Shown here one piece after another: positions 28,139-38,286 of a stretch of DNA of 56,204 bases; within the stretch, counting starts at the first letter, position 1, and each line of letters opens with the position of its first letter. The notes beneath the pieces were generated by a model that was not told the DNA's origin, did no database searches, and saw only the letters and a list, made by a program, of their open reading frames with translations. Location of the stretch: the IMG/VR virus record IMGVR_UViG_3300007960_000028, positions 1 to 56,204 of that record; one strand, written 5' to 3'. Source of the stretch: a virus. Taxonomy: Duplodnaviria; Caudoviricetes. The translations under genes were made by a program, and so were the position numbers.

Positions 28139-28606
28139 TTAAGAATCCCAACTATCCAAAACAAATGATAATTGTAGAAAATTATCCTTAGTTATATATT
28201 CAGCCGTAAACCCACCTACTGCATAATATCCACCATTATCATATGCTTCTTTAAGTAAATTATATGCTTTATGTTTTAAATCTCTAATATTAGGTATTCC
28301 ATCCACAGTATACCATTTCCAATCTAAAAAATTCATTACTTTTTCAACACGTTCCCAATCAAAGTTTTTTTCTATTTCTTCCCATTTTTCTTGAAAATGA
28401 TCGACTATATCAAACAAAGACATAATTTTTTCAAGTATTACGCCATTATATATTCTTTCTGCTACTTGCATAAGAGCAGTATAATCCTTTGTTGCTAAAC
28501 AATCTCTCTCTTGTGTTGTCAAAGGCATATCTGATAAATATTGAATTTCAATATAGTCTTGAACCGATTTTCCATCTTTAAATTTGTATTTCATTTTTTT
28601 CTCCAA
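28139..28606 (-). CDS. Hypothetical phage protein
   Basis: 155-aa ORF with NFDWERVEKVMNFLDWKW...VGGF segment. Confidence 0.7.
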   Translation of the reverse strand: MEKKMKYKFKDGKSVQDYIEIQYLSDMPLTTQERDCLATKDYTALMQVAERIYNGVILEKIMSLFDIVDHFQEKWEEIEKNFDWERVEKVMNFLDWKWYTVDGIPNIRDLKHKAYNLLKEAYDNGGYYAVGGFTAEYITKDNFLQLSFVLDSWDS

Positions 28607-28911
28607 AATAAATAGTCATCTAATATATGTGTTAAATCTTCTATTTCATCCATAGAAAAATTATTTTCTAATTTTTCAATTAAACCATTTCCTTTAATTA
28701 GCTTAGAGTTAGTTATAACTTTAAGAGTGTGATAATCCAATCTAGTCAATATAGTTTCCGATCCATAACCAAAAATTAAATAATTCCAAAACGATATATT
28801 ATCAAATATAGACATATCAATCTTATCATCATTAAAGTCACGAGTTATATTTCTTATTTCGGAAGATAGTTCTTTAATTGTTAAATCTCTATTGATTTTA
28901 AACAAAGCCAT
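28591..28911 (-). CDS. Hypothetical protein
   Basis: AAGGAG upstream; follows a promoter. Confidence 0.7.
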   Translation of the reverse strand: MALFKINRDLTIKELSSEIRNITRDFNDDKIDMSIFDNISFWNYLIFGYGSETILTRLDYHTLKVITNSKLIKGNGLIEKLENNFSMDEIEDLTHILDDYLFWRKK

Positions 28912-28944
28912 TTAATTCTCCTTAATTTGTAACTTTCATTTAAA

Positions 28945-28976
28945 CAAAGTTACAAAAAAGTTTTTAATTTTACAAA
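28945..28976 (-). promoter_or_regulatory. Bacteroidota-type sigma70 promoter
   Basis: TTTG-N20-TAACTTTG. Confidence 0.8.
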
Positions 28977-29074
28977 TTTTATTTTTAATTATTTTTAAAA
29001 AAGATTTATCGGAATTTTTGTTGTGTTTGATTTTAATATCTAATCCTTATTTTTTTAACATCATAATACAATCT

Positions 29075-29758
29075 TTAGTTGCCATTTAACCAGTTATATA
29101 ATTCATACGTAGCATAAACATCTCTCTGACAATATTCATATATTTCAGTTATATCTCCGCCACCTTTAATAAAAGGAACTAAACTATTTCCATTGATAAT
29201 ATTACTTTTTGGTGTATCTATATTTGCTTCATAACAAGCCTGCTCCAATGATGGAGTAATAACACTACCAAAGTTAGATGTAAATGTTAATTTTTGTTTT
29301 AAATCATATATAAAATCTAAATCCCAAGGTTTCTTACCTAATACTTGTAAATAAGAAGACATTTTTTTATATTTAATACCATTAACTAACATTCTTCTTA
29401 TAATAAACGGAATATCAAATTGTAATATATTATGACCTACTATAATATCTATATCACCCAATAATAAATTATTAAAATCATTTAATATAGTTTTTTCATC
29501 TTCTCCACATAAAGTACCACCTTCTAATTCACCATCACTATCTAATATATAAGATATACATAGTATTTTGGAAAATGATGGATATAATGAAGAAGAACTA
29601 TCCCATAATAAGTCATATCTATTTAATTCATCATTATATTCTTTTTTATTATCTAATTTATAATCACAAAAACGTTCCCATATATCTATTAGATTTTTGT
29701 CTTCTTTATATGAATTATATATAGGATATGTTTCTATATCAAAAAATAGTTTATTCAT
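29075..29758 (-). CDS. Stand-alone DnaQ/PolB-type 3'-5' exonuclease
   Basis: ExoI FFDIET, ExoII GHNILQFDIPF, ExoIII YCQRDV. Confidence 0.9.
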   Translation of the reverse strand: MNKLFFDIETYPIYNSYKEDKNLIDIWERFCDYKLDNKKEYNDELNRYDLLWDSSSSLYPSFSKILCISYILDSDGELEGGTLCGEDEKTILNDFNNLLLGDIDIIVGHNILQFDIPFIIRRMLVNGIKYKKMSSYLQVLGKKPWDLDFIYDLKQKLTFTSNFGSVITPSLEQACYEANIDTPKSNIINGNSLVPFIKGGGDITEIYEYCQRDVYATYELYNWLNGN

Positions 29759-29964
29759 TTGTTACTCTTATTTAATTTGTATTTTTTAAAATCAGAGAAT
29801 ATATCTTCAAATGAATTTAAACAATATTCAAAAGTATATTCTCCACTACCACGTTCCATCCAAGTTGATAACGAACAAAACACGTAATCATCATCAGAAT
29901 ATATATCTGAAATTATGTATCTGTCGTCAATTAATAATTCTAAATATTCTTTAATATGTTTCAT
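29755..29964 (-). CDS. Small hypothetical protein (C-terminal DIFSDFKKYKLNK motif family), probably leaderless
   Basis: ATG lies 6 nt after the -7 box. Confidence 0.65.
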   Translation of the reverse strand: MKHIKEYLELLIDDRYIISDIYSDDDYVFCSLSTWMERGSGEYTFEYCLNSFEDIFSDFKKYKLNKSNK

Positions 29965-29969
29965 AATTA

Positions 29970-30001
29970 CAAACTTACAAAAAAGAATTTACATTTCCAA
30001 A
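29970..30001 (-). promoter_or_regulatory. Bacteroidota-type sigma70 promoter
   Basis: TTTG-N20-TAAGTTTG. Confidence 0.8.
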
Positions 30002-30011
30002 TAAAAAAATA

Positions 30012-30034
30012 AAAAGTAGCTATATGCTACTTTT
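30012..30034 (-). terminator. Intrinsic terminator after the glycan cluster
   Basis: AAAAGTAGC-tatat-GCTACTTTT hairpin, followed by a T-run on the minus strand. Confidence 0.65.
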
Positions 30035-30063
30035 AAGATAATTATGAAATATAGATGCAAATT

Positions 30064-31935
30064 TTATTTTTTTACTATTATCAAATCTTTATTATAATCT
30101 GTCATAGATTTAATATCTATTTTCATATTATTTAATTGAAAACTTCCTATTTCACCGGAATCTTGTATTATTCTAGGTAACATAGTTATATAATCAAATT
30201 CCTGTTGTCCAAATGTAGTTACATCGATAGTTACGTTAATATCAGAACTATTAATTGTATTAAATTTAATAGATAGATCAAAATCAGTATTTTTATTTTC
30301 TTCTTTTATATAATCATCTACTATATCAGAATTTACATTTATATTATCAAACCAAGGTTCTAATAAATTTATCAATTCCTTTTGTTTATTCTTGTCAATT
30401 AAACTAATATTATTTATATTTAGTAATTTTTTATATCTAGGATATACTATTGGTTTCATATATTTATCGTGAGAAACAAACCTACCCCATTTTCTTATGA
30501 AATTTCTAGTAGATTTAACGTTCTGTTTTAACCATTCATCACTTTCTTTACCTACTGTTGTTAAATTTGGATTATATCTACTACCTCTACAAGTCATATG
30601 ATATACATATCCTTCCCAAGTTTGTATAAATTTTATACCATTTATATGGAATCTATCGAAAATATCCGAATTATGTAGTCCTATTAAACCGGTTCCACCT
30701 ATAAATGTATGTGATTTATTAACTTCCAAATCATATACATAAACTTCATCATCCCCTTCAAATCGTTCTATTTCTATAAAATCATCTCTAATTTTATCTT
30801 TACTTATAATCAATTTATATTTTTTAGTTATATTATCATAACTGACATCATAAAATAAATTATCAAATTTACATATATAATCAATCATGATTTTTTGTAT
30901 AGAATAATAATGATCGGTCTCTATTATAAGATCATCTTGAAATATCTCAAAAAATAACAAACTATTTTTTAATTCACCAAAAACATAATTTGGTTGCCAT
31001 ATATTATATGTAGTCAAATCATTCACTTTAATAGCATCACAATTAACATCTATCAGAGAATGATCCTCAGTAACAACTACTTCACCATGATTTGTTTTTA
31101 ACTTTACTAATCTATTTCTATTAGTTTTTTTTCTAAGAATATAATTTATATCATCCATACCAATACCACCACCTTTATGTGCAGACATTGTTTTTATATC
31201 GGTATTAGTATCTTTAAAATTTATTACCTCAACACCATCATCTCTCATATAAGAATGTGACGAATATTTATCCCATAAATCCTTTACTTTATATTGTATT
31301 CTATAACCTTCTTCACACACGTAAAGCAACGTATCTTCACCTATACTATCTTCTTTAGATTGAGGTCTATATAATGGGTCATGTCCTTTTATCTCTTGAA
31401 AATCAGATTTAACAAACGCCCAAGGAGCAAAAATACCTTCCGTAACCTTATCTTTATTATTTTTAACTAAATCCGAATGAAACTTTAAAAAAGACTTTTC
31501 ATCAAACTCTTCTGTTTCTATACCAAACCCTTGTAATACTTTTTCTGGTCCTGGTGGATGTAATGGTGGTTCTACTCTTGTTAATGATACTATAACACCT
31601 TTTTTTAGATGTTTTTCTATTGCATCTAATGCTCCTGGTGCTAAATACATGTCCGAGTGAAATATAATAGCATTTTCCTTAGTCGATACATCATTTAACA
31701 ATTCATCATAAAGCAGTGTATGACCCTTCCTCTCACCAGAATCATTTCTTATAGCCTTAAAATTACTATCTGTTTTCATTTTATCCAAACACCATTCCCA
31801 AGTTCCATCATTCGAATTATCATCAGCTACACATATCTCTACATCATGATTTCCTTGATTTTTTCTTATAGAATCATATGACCATTTTAAGTATTTTAAA
31901 TTATCTCTACTTGGTTGTATAAAAGAAATTTCCAC
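30064..31935 (-). CDS. GT2-family glycosyltransferase containing an intein (GTG start)
   Basis: ISFIQPSR, VADDNSNDGT, HSDM, and after removing the insert QSKED|SDIFDRF...VYH. Confidence 0.9.
   Translation of the reverse strand: MEISFIQPSRDNLKYLKWSYDSIRKNQGNHDVEICVADDNSNDGTWEWCLDKMKTDSNFKAIRNDSGERKGHTLLYDELLNDVSTKENAIIFHSDMYLAPGALDAIEKHLKKGVIVSLTRVEPPLHPPGPEKVLQGFGIETEEFDEKSFLKFHSDLVKNNKDKVTEGIFAPWAFVKSDFQEIKGHDPLYRPQSKEDSIGEDTLLYVCEEGYRIQYKVKDLWDKYSSHSYMRDDGVEVINFKDTNTDIKTMSAHKGGGIGMDDINYILRKKTNRNRLVKLKTNHGEVVVTEDHSLIDVNCDAIKVNDLTTYNIWQPNYVFGELKNSLLFFEIFQDDLIIETDHYYSIQKIMIDYICKFDNLFYDVSYDNITKKYKLIISKDKIRDDFIEIERFEGDDEVYVYDLEVNKSHTFIGGTGLIGLHNSDIFDRFHINGIKFIQTWEGYVYHMTCRGSRYNPNLTTVGKESDEWLKQNVKSTRNFIRKWGRFVSHDKYMKPIVYPRYKKLLNINNISLIDKNKQKELINLLEPWFDNINVNSDIVDDYIKEENKNTDFDLSIKFNTINSSDINVTIDVTTFGQQEFDYITMLPRIIQDSGEIGSFQLNNMKIDIKSMTDYNKDLIIVKK
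30670..31347 (-). mobile_element. Intein (226 aa, Ser1...His-Asn, +1 Ser), no intact homing endonuclease evident
   Basis: Block A SIGEDTLLYV, block B VVVTEDHSL, block F YVYDLEVNKSHTF, block G GLHN|S. Confidence 0.92.
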
Positions 31936-32876
31936 TAAACTATTTCCTGTATTATTTTATTAAATTTATCTAAAAATATTTTTTCTGTATAATTTTCATT
32001 GTATAATCGTTTCGTTTCATTAGAACAATGATTATAAAACTCTTTATCTTCTTTCAATTTCTTAGCTAAACTAACTGCCTTTTGCATATCACCCAAATCA
32101 ACGGATAAATCTGGATGTAATGTGCATTGTGTATCTACATAATTATATCCTATCGTAGGTATACCCAAATAACTAGCATTAAGAGAAAAAGTTCCAGCTG
32201 CAAAAGTTCTCATTAAGTGTATAGCATACTTACGTTTATTCAGTTCATTTATCCATTGTGTCCAATCCATATATGGTAAATAATTTATATAATCCCATCT
32301 ATCTTCTTCTTCTCGTTTTCTACCCATAGACGGGGCATACACTTTCTCTTGTATATTATGCGCAACTAGCAAAGAATCCATACCACTATACCATTGACAC
32401 ATAGTTCCGCCTATCATAACACCACTACGTTCTATATCCGTATCTACATCTTTTATAGTATCTTCTATCATTAATGATTGTAATGTAAATGTGGGTTTAT
32501 TAAATAGTCCTTTATAATATAATACATCGGACTCATTATGGCATAATATAGCATCAAATTTATTTATAGTATTTATATATTCTAATTGTAAATCTAATTT
32601 ATAATCTTGCCAAAAATTGTTCGGTCCTTCTTGCATAAATACTATTTTTTTACCCAATCTTCTAAGGTATGTTATTAAATTATTTTTAAATATAACATCT
32701 AAATTTTTTTTTGGCAATATACATATAACTATATCATGAGAAACAATATCTTTGTAAAACAATGGATAATGTATTGCATTTAAACTACATATCCATGATA
32801 AATCGGTTCTCATATTTTTATAATCTCTATTAACCGTGGAATAAAAGTTATTTTCTGATGTAAAAGCTATTTTCAT
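31935..32876 (-). CDS. Putative GT-B fold glycosyltransferase
   Basis: C-terminal AGTFSLNASYLGIPTIG resembles the GT4 donor-binding region; glycan cluster context. Confidence 0.55.
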   Translation of the reverse strand: MKIAFTSENNFYSTVNRDYKNMRTDLSWICSLNAIHYPLFYKDIVSHDIVICILPKKNLDVIFKNNLITYLRRLGKKIVFMQEGPNNFWQDYKLDLQLEYINTINKFDAILCHNESDVLYYKGLFNKPTFTLQSLMIEDTIKDVDTDIERSGVMIGGTMCQWYSGMDSLLVAHNIQEKVYAPSMGRKREEEDRWDYINYLPYMDWTQWINELNKRKYAIHLMRTFAAGTFSLNASYLGIPTIGYNYVDTQCTLHPDLSVDLGDMQKAVSLAKKLKEDKEFYNHCSNETKRLYNENYTEKIFLDKFNKIIQEIV

Positions 32877-33850
32877 ATTAATTTCTCCTTACCATCAAAA
32901 AATATATATCTACAACCACGTATACAATTCTCTCTTATAGTTTTATATGGAGATAATGAAATCATTTCCGATGTTCCTCCTGATGAGGTTTCATTTACTC
33001 CACTCTGATATCCTATATTAAACTTTGCATGTTGTTTTATATATATTTGTTCTCTAATAGTTGGTTTTTCTTCTATATCAGCAAAATTTATTCTTTTACT
33101 ATAAAATTTTCCCCAAAACGTGTTTTCTAAATCAAAATCAGAATAATAAAATATTGGATATTCACCTATTCTTTCGGAATGCTTATATAATAACTTATCT
33201 TCTTCCCATCTACCTTTATATTTATCTAATCGAGCAGAAAATAATAAACACCCATAATCTACATCACCAATATATTTATTTATTATCGCATCACATTTAT
33301 AAATTTCTTCTTCAGTAAAGTATATTTTTGGTCTAGAATCTATATTTAAAATATCATCATCCGTAAATCCAAATCTCCTAAGAATTTGTTCAGCTAAAGG
33401 TTCATCTATAGATCTAATCATATCACCATCATGTATAGTACCTGTATATGAACGTTCATGATCCGTATATATTATATCAAACTCCCCAAAATTAAAAAAA
33501 TAATCTATATATGGATTATTATATATTATAGTGTTATAATTGTCTATTGCTGTTACGCTATCATTGTAATTCCATCTATTAATATAATCTCCAAAGAATT
33601 TTATTATATATTCTTTGCTTGGTAAAGCTATTTTTATATTTGGATATTTCGTTTTTAATGCTTCAAATATACCGCTGGTTATACCTAAATCACCTATACT
33701 ATAACACATTCTCATAAATGGAAACCAACCATCATAATTAGTTGGTAATGTATCTACTTTTCTAGATAATATATCATCATATTTATATCCTAAATAATCA
33801 ACTTCTCCAATATCAACTACCCTATCATTTATAACTTTCCATTGCCTCAT
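32873..33850 (-). CDS. GT9 (heptosyltransferase)-like glycosyltransferase
   Basis: SIGDLGITSG...LKTKYPN...NNPYID...IGYQSG pattern. Confidence 0.65.
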   Translation of the reverse strand: MRQWKVINDRVVDIGEVDYLGYKYDDILSRKVDTLPTNYDGWFPFMRMCYSIGDLGITSGIFEALKTKYPNIKIALPSKEYIIKFFGDYINRWNYNDSVTAIDNYNTIIYNNPYIDYFFNFGEFDIIYTDHERSYTGTIHDGDMIRSIDEPLAEQILRRFGFTDDDILNIDSRPKIYFTEEEIYKCDAIINKYIGDVDYGCLLFSARLDKYKGRWEEDKLLYKHSERIGEYPIFYYSDFDLENTFWGKFYSKRINFADIEEKPTIREQIYIKQHAKFNIGYQSGVNETSSGGTSEMISLSPYKTIRENCIRGCRYIFFDGKEKLI

Positions 33851-34614
33851 TATATACCTATATGTTTAGTTGCATAATCAATACCAATAGCATAAAAATA
33901 TTGTTTGGATCTATCCACATTATATTTGTTATGCAAAGAATGTTGTTTATAATTTACAGGAGATGGATTAAATTTATCCAAATAACAGATATCACCGGAA
34001 TATCTTATTATAGAATTTGTAAATTCTACTTCTTGATTTTTAATCTTTACATTTGGATTCATAATACTCAAATGCCCATTCCCATCATTATACCCATTTA
34101 TAGATACATCACTTAGAGTTTTAGAACTAGTTATACCAAATGCACCACCGGAGTGTTTCGCTATATTAAAACTTATAGGTGCAAATGCTATAAACTTATA
34201 ATCTGTACTTTCTAACTTTTTTATAGAATCCATATAATAACCACTAGATATCATTATATGATCGTCTTCCTGAAACATATAGTAATCATATTCAGTATTA
34301 AATTCTTTCCATATTTCACTGTATGCCGTAAATGGACTACCTGTATTTTTAAATTGTCTAGTTATTATCTTACCATTACCAATATTATTATTATCTATAG
34401 ATTTAATATATTCTTCTGATTTTTCAAATCGAAAATCCGGTATATGATTAACAATTATCAAATCCATATCCAAATCCATCGGATAAAATTTATATTCGTT
34501 TGGTATAACATATTCGGAAAATAATTTTAATGATATATCTCTATTTAAAGGAGATAATAAATTACTACGCCTTTTATTTGAAAAATAAGTTACTATTATC
34601 TTACAGCATTTCAT
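33850..34614 (-). CDS. Putative GT-A glycosyltransferase-like protein
   Basis: YDYYMFQEDD motif and cluster context. Confidence 0.5.
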   Translation of the reverse strand: MKCCKIIVTYFSNKRRSNLLSPLNRDISLKLFSEYVIPNEYKFYPMDLDMDLIIVNHIPDFRFEKSEEYIKSIDNNNIGNGKIITRQFKNTGSPFTAYSEIWKEFNTEYDYYMFQEDDHIMISSGYYMDSIKKLESTDYKFIAFAPISFNIAKHSGGAFGITSSKTLSDVSINGYNDGNGHLSIMNPNVKIKNQEVEFTNSIIRYSGDICYLDKFNPSPVNYKQHSLHNKYNVDRSKQYFYAIGIDYATKHIGI

Positions 34615-35264
34615 TATAGACCACCCGATACTCTTATTGATTGTCCGGTTATATATTTATTTTCATTTAAAAAATTTATAGTTTGATATAATTCAGATGA
34701 ATTACCATATCTATATAATGGTATAGTTCTTTTTAATTTTTCCAACATTTCTTCACCAATCGTATATGTCATACCACCATCAAAATATCCCAATTGAATC
34801 GAATTACATCTAATACCATACTTACTATTTTCTAATGCACATGTTTTTACAATACTATCTATAAAAGATTTACAAGCAGAATAAACTCCAGTACCATAAA
34901 CTGGATTAGTAGATAATATAGATGACGTTAATATTATATTACCTTGTATATTTTTAGATTTAAAATAATTTATAGATTCCGAAACTAAATTTAGTGTTCC
35001 TTTAATATTAATATCTATCATAGATTCAACATCATCATTCGATAATTTTGATAATATAGAATTAATATTAATACCAGATAAATTTACAATTGATTCTATA
35101 TTATAAGATTTATTATTTAAAAAATGGTTAATTTCATTTTTATTTTTTAAATTAACATCTTTACTAGATAAATAAATATATTCACTATTTTCATACTGCA
35201 ACATCCTTCCTAAACCACCGGATCCACCAAATACAATTACTTTATTCATTATTTTATCTCCCAA
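34614..35264 (-). CDS. Short-chain dehydrogenase/reductase (FabG-like)
   Basis: GGSGGLG, NLSG, YSACK (YxxxK), GYFDGGMT, YITGQSIRVSGG. Confidence 0.92.
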   Translation of the reverse strand: MGDKIMNKVIVFGGSGGLGRMLQYENSEYIYLSSKDVNLKNKNEINHFLNNKSYNIESIVNLSGININSILSKLSNDDVESMIDINIKGTLNLVSESINYFKSKNIQGNIILTSSILSTNPVYGTGVYSACKSFIDSIVKTCALENSKYGIRCNSIQLGYFDGGMTYTIGEEMLEKLKRTIPLYRYGNSSELYQTINFLNENKYITGQSIRVSGGL

Positions 35265-36160
35265 TTTAATATATCCTTTTCATTTAAATTCTTTTCAGAG
35301 TATTTTCCATTGTAATAATCACTGAACATAGGAGAAACATAATGTTCACATCCTTCAAAATAATAATGAGTTGCTTGTGATTTCCTTGTTCTATTTAAAT
35401 CATTTATTTTATCACCACCATGAATTAAATGAGCAGCCCACAATAAAACTTTGCCTTTGGTGGTTATAAACCTTTCAACTTTATAATGCATAACATCCAC
35501 CAAATCCCTAATAAATTGCTCATATATAGCATAATTTTCAAATTGTTTTCCATATTCAGGAACATTCAGTCCTAAGTCTTTAAAATGGTACATTGGCATT
35601 TTATGGCTACTTGGAACATATAGTAACGTTCCATTATTTTCATCCATATCCTCTAATGCAGTCCAAGATCCTACCAACCATTTTTCTGGTATAGAACTGA
35701 AATGTATCGCATCCGAATGCAATGGTTGGTTGCTTCCTTTTGTAAAGTTTATAGTTTGAAATGGTATAGGGTTTCTTCCATATAGTAATTTTAAAGTATC
35801 TAATATTTTTGGATGCTTTGCCAATGACAGAACATTTTTACATGTTTTCCAAGCCTCAAATACTCTGGGAGATTCTTCGTTATAATGATAACCATCCTCC
35901 TGAGTCTTCAATTGTTCTGATTTTATTAATCCATCTATTTGATTATGTAATTCATTAATAAAAGATTCTTCTAATTCTAAATCTAATACTATATATCCAT
36001 TCTTATTATACTCACTACAAGTATAATATTCATCAGATGTTATTTCATCATTATTAATTTTATATTTCAATATATTTTCAAAAAACGGAGATTCAATCCA
36101 AGGTATAGATAACGCATTTGAATCAATTTTAAATTCTTTCATTATAATTTTCCTTATCAT
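35249..36160 (-). CDS. PhyH-family 2-oxoglutarate/Fe(II) dioxygenase
   Basis: QPLHSD (HxD), WTALEDMDENNGTLLYVPSSH, LIHGG, RKS. Confidence 0.9.
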   Translation of the reverse strand: MIRKIIMKEFKIDSNALSIPWIESPFFENILKYKINNDEITSDEYYTCSEYNKNGYIVLDLELEESFINELHNQIDGLIKSEQLKTQEDGYHYNEESPRVFEAWKTCKNVLSLAKHPKILDTLKLLYGRNPIPFQTINFTKGSNQPLHSDAIHFSSIPEKWLVGSWTALEDMDENNGTLLYVPSSHKMPMYHFKDLGLNVPEYGKQFENYAIYEQFIRDLVDVMHYKVERFITTKGKVLLWAAHLIHGGDKINDLNRTRKSQATHYYFEGCEHYVSPMFSDYYNGKYSEKNLNEKDILNWEIK

Positions 36161-36695
36161 GTATTAATTCTATTATTTTATCTTTATTTCTATATTTTAT
36201 CAATTTAGCTGGATTACCAACATAGATTGACCATGGTTCAAAATTAATTTGTTTATATACTGCACTATTAGCTCCTATTTTACATCCATCTGGAAATATA
36301 ATATTTGGAAATACCATAACATTTGATGCTAAACCGGAATGCATTTTAAATATTATATCACCGGAATATCTTTTATTTTTAAACCAGTATTCATTTACAG
36401 GACCATAATTGCCGGAATAGTCTTCTGTAGATGTAAATAATTGACAATGATACCCAATAGTAGTCCAATCTTCCATATATATTGTATTATATGAACCTCC
36501 TAAAATACTATGTGAGCATATTTGTATATAATTTCCTGTTTTTAATCCTGATGTAATTAATGTAAATGGATCTATTCTTACGTTATCTCCCAAAAAAACT
36601 TTTTTTGGATTAGTAAAAATAACATTATAACCTATTTTTACATTCTCACCACAAGCACCAAGCTCTTTTTTTATATCTTCATTCCAACCTATCAT
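36129..36695 (-). CDS. Hexapeptide-repeat (left-handed beta-helix) acyltransferase
   Basis: GENVKIG...LGDNVRID...IGANS...SIYVGNPAKLIK. Confidence 0.88.
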   Translation of the reverse strand: MIGWNEDIKKELGACGENVKIGYNVIFTNPKKVFLGDNVRIDPFTLITSGLKTGNYIQICSHSILGGSYNTIYMEDWTTIGYHCQLFTSTEDYSGNYGPVNEYWFKNKRYSGDIIFKMHSGLASNVMVFPNIIFPDGCKIGANSAVYKQINFEPWSIYVGNPAKLIKYRNKDKIIELIHDKENYNERI

Positions 36696-37897
36696 TACCA
36701 GCCTTTTTTAATTAAATCGACTATATATTGTCTGTCTTCGTCTGTTACCCACCAACCAACGGGTATATTTGTAATTTTATGTATAGTGTTTTCTAAGTTA
36801 TTTAAATCGGTTCTTCTATATTTTTCCAATGTAGAATGTTTATCATTTCTTTCATGAACTTGCGAACATGCAACACCATTTTCTTTCATATATCTATGAA
36901 AATCATCTCTACGTTCTACCAATATACTATAAATCCAATATGAAGAATCAAAACCGGTTTGCCTTTCTAATAAAGTTACACCATTTACATCTTTTAATTC
37001 ATTATCATAATACTTGCCATTTTCAATATGCTTATTTATCACATAATCTACTTCTTTTAGATTTTCATTTCCTATTGCCGCATTCACATCATTCATATGA
37101 AATTTAAATCCCCACTCTTGTATATCATTTTCACATCTAAAATCCTTTCTTTCTTTATCATCCCTATCAATACCATACCATCTCATTAATTTAGATCGTT
37201 TATATAAATCGGTATGTGGTAATATTAACATACCACCATCAACAGATGTTAAATGTTTGATAGCTTGAAAACTAAATGCAGAAATGTTACCATGTGTTCC
37301 TATTAATTTACCTTTATATCGTGAACCAAATGAATGGGCACAATCTTCTATTATAGCAGGACTAAATCCATATTTTAGTCTAAATCTATTCTGTATGTCC
37401 TTTAATCTATCTAGATCATTTGGATAACCTCCCCAATGAACTAACATGATGGCTTTTGTTTTGGAAGTTAATTTTTTTTCTAAATCATCCAAATTCATAT
37501 TTAATGTTTTTGGATCTATATCTACCCATTTTATATCAAGTCCATTAGCTAATATTGGAAAGTTTGTAGCAGTACACGTTAATGGAGATGATAAAATTTC
37601 ATCTCCAGGTTGTAACCCAGACCAAAATGACGAAGTATATGCACATCCATCATAAATGTCTTGATTATATTGTGGTTTCTTTAATAAATGAAGTGCTAAG
37701 TGTAATGCACTTGTTCCCGAATTTAATGTTATTAAATTGGTTTTAGTAGAATAACCTATATTAAAGTAATTTCTTAAATTATTCTCAAATTTATCTACAA
37801 CATCCCCTTGTCCTATAAATCCACTATTTAAAACCTTTTCGGATTCTATAGATGCATTTTTAGACATATAAACCTTAAATAATGGTATATTTCTCAT
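36695..37897 (-). CDS. DegT/DnrJ/EryC1/StrS PLP-dependent sugar aminotransferase
   Basis: NSGTSALHLAL, IIEDCAHSFG, FSFQAIKHLTSVDGG (PLP lysine). Confidence 0.95.
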   Translation of the reverse strand: MRNIPLFKVYMSKNASIESEKVLNSGFIGQGDVVDKFENNLRNYFNIGYSTKTNLITLNSGTSALHLALHLLKKPQYNQDIYDGCAYTSSFWSGLQPGDEILSSPLTCTATNFPILANGLDIKWVDIDPKTLNMNLDDLEKKLTSKTKAIMLVHWGGYPNDLDRLKDIQNRFRLKYGFSPAIIEDCAHSFGSRYKGKLIGTHGNISAFSFQAIKHLTSVDGGMLILPHTDLYKRSKLMRWYGIDRDDKERKDFRCENDIQEWGFKFHMNDVNAAIGNENLKEVDYVINKHIENGKYYDNELKDVNGVTLLERQTGFDSSYWIYSILVERRDDFHRYMKENGVACSQVHERNDKHSTLEKYRRTDLNNLENTIHKITNIPVGWWVTDEDRQYIVDLIKKGW

Positions 37898-37935
37898 AAT
37901 AATATCTTAAAAAAATTTTTAAAAAAAATAAAAAA

Positions 37936-38286
37936 TTAAACTCCGTAATAAATATAGTAATTAATACCCTTACCTAACTCACCGGCTCTTTTATATTCCA
38001 TTTGAACTCCTCTACTTTCTTGTATTAATCTAGTTCCGTCGTATTCAAATAAATCTATTATAACAATCTCATCACAATGCTCTATCCAATACAAATCTTG
38101 CGTCATCCACCAATCACTATCAGTCTGTAATTCTTTAGGTAAATATTCCGCAATTGGATGTGAATGTGATATAGGAGAAAATACTATATTTCCTTCTTGC
38201 ATAAGTTTAGCGGATATTTCATTAGCAACTTTATATGAAACATCTGGATTCCAAGAATATGGAATTGATAAATATATCTTTTTCAT
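37936..38286 (-). CDS. DUF1937 / nucleoside 2-deoxyribosyltransferase-like protein
   Basis: IYLSIPYS, VFSPISHSH, ESRGVQME. Confidence 0.75.
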   Translation of the reverse strand: MKKIYLSIPYSWNPDVSYKVANEISAKLMQEGNIVFSPISHSHPIAEYLPKELQTDSDWWMTQDLYWIEHCDEIVIIDLFEYDGTRLIQESRGVQMEYKRAGELGKGINYYIYYGV

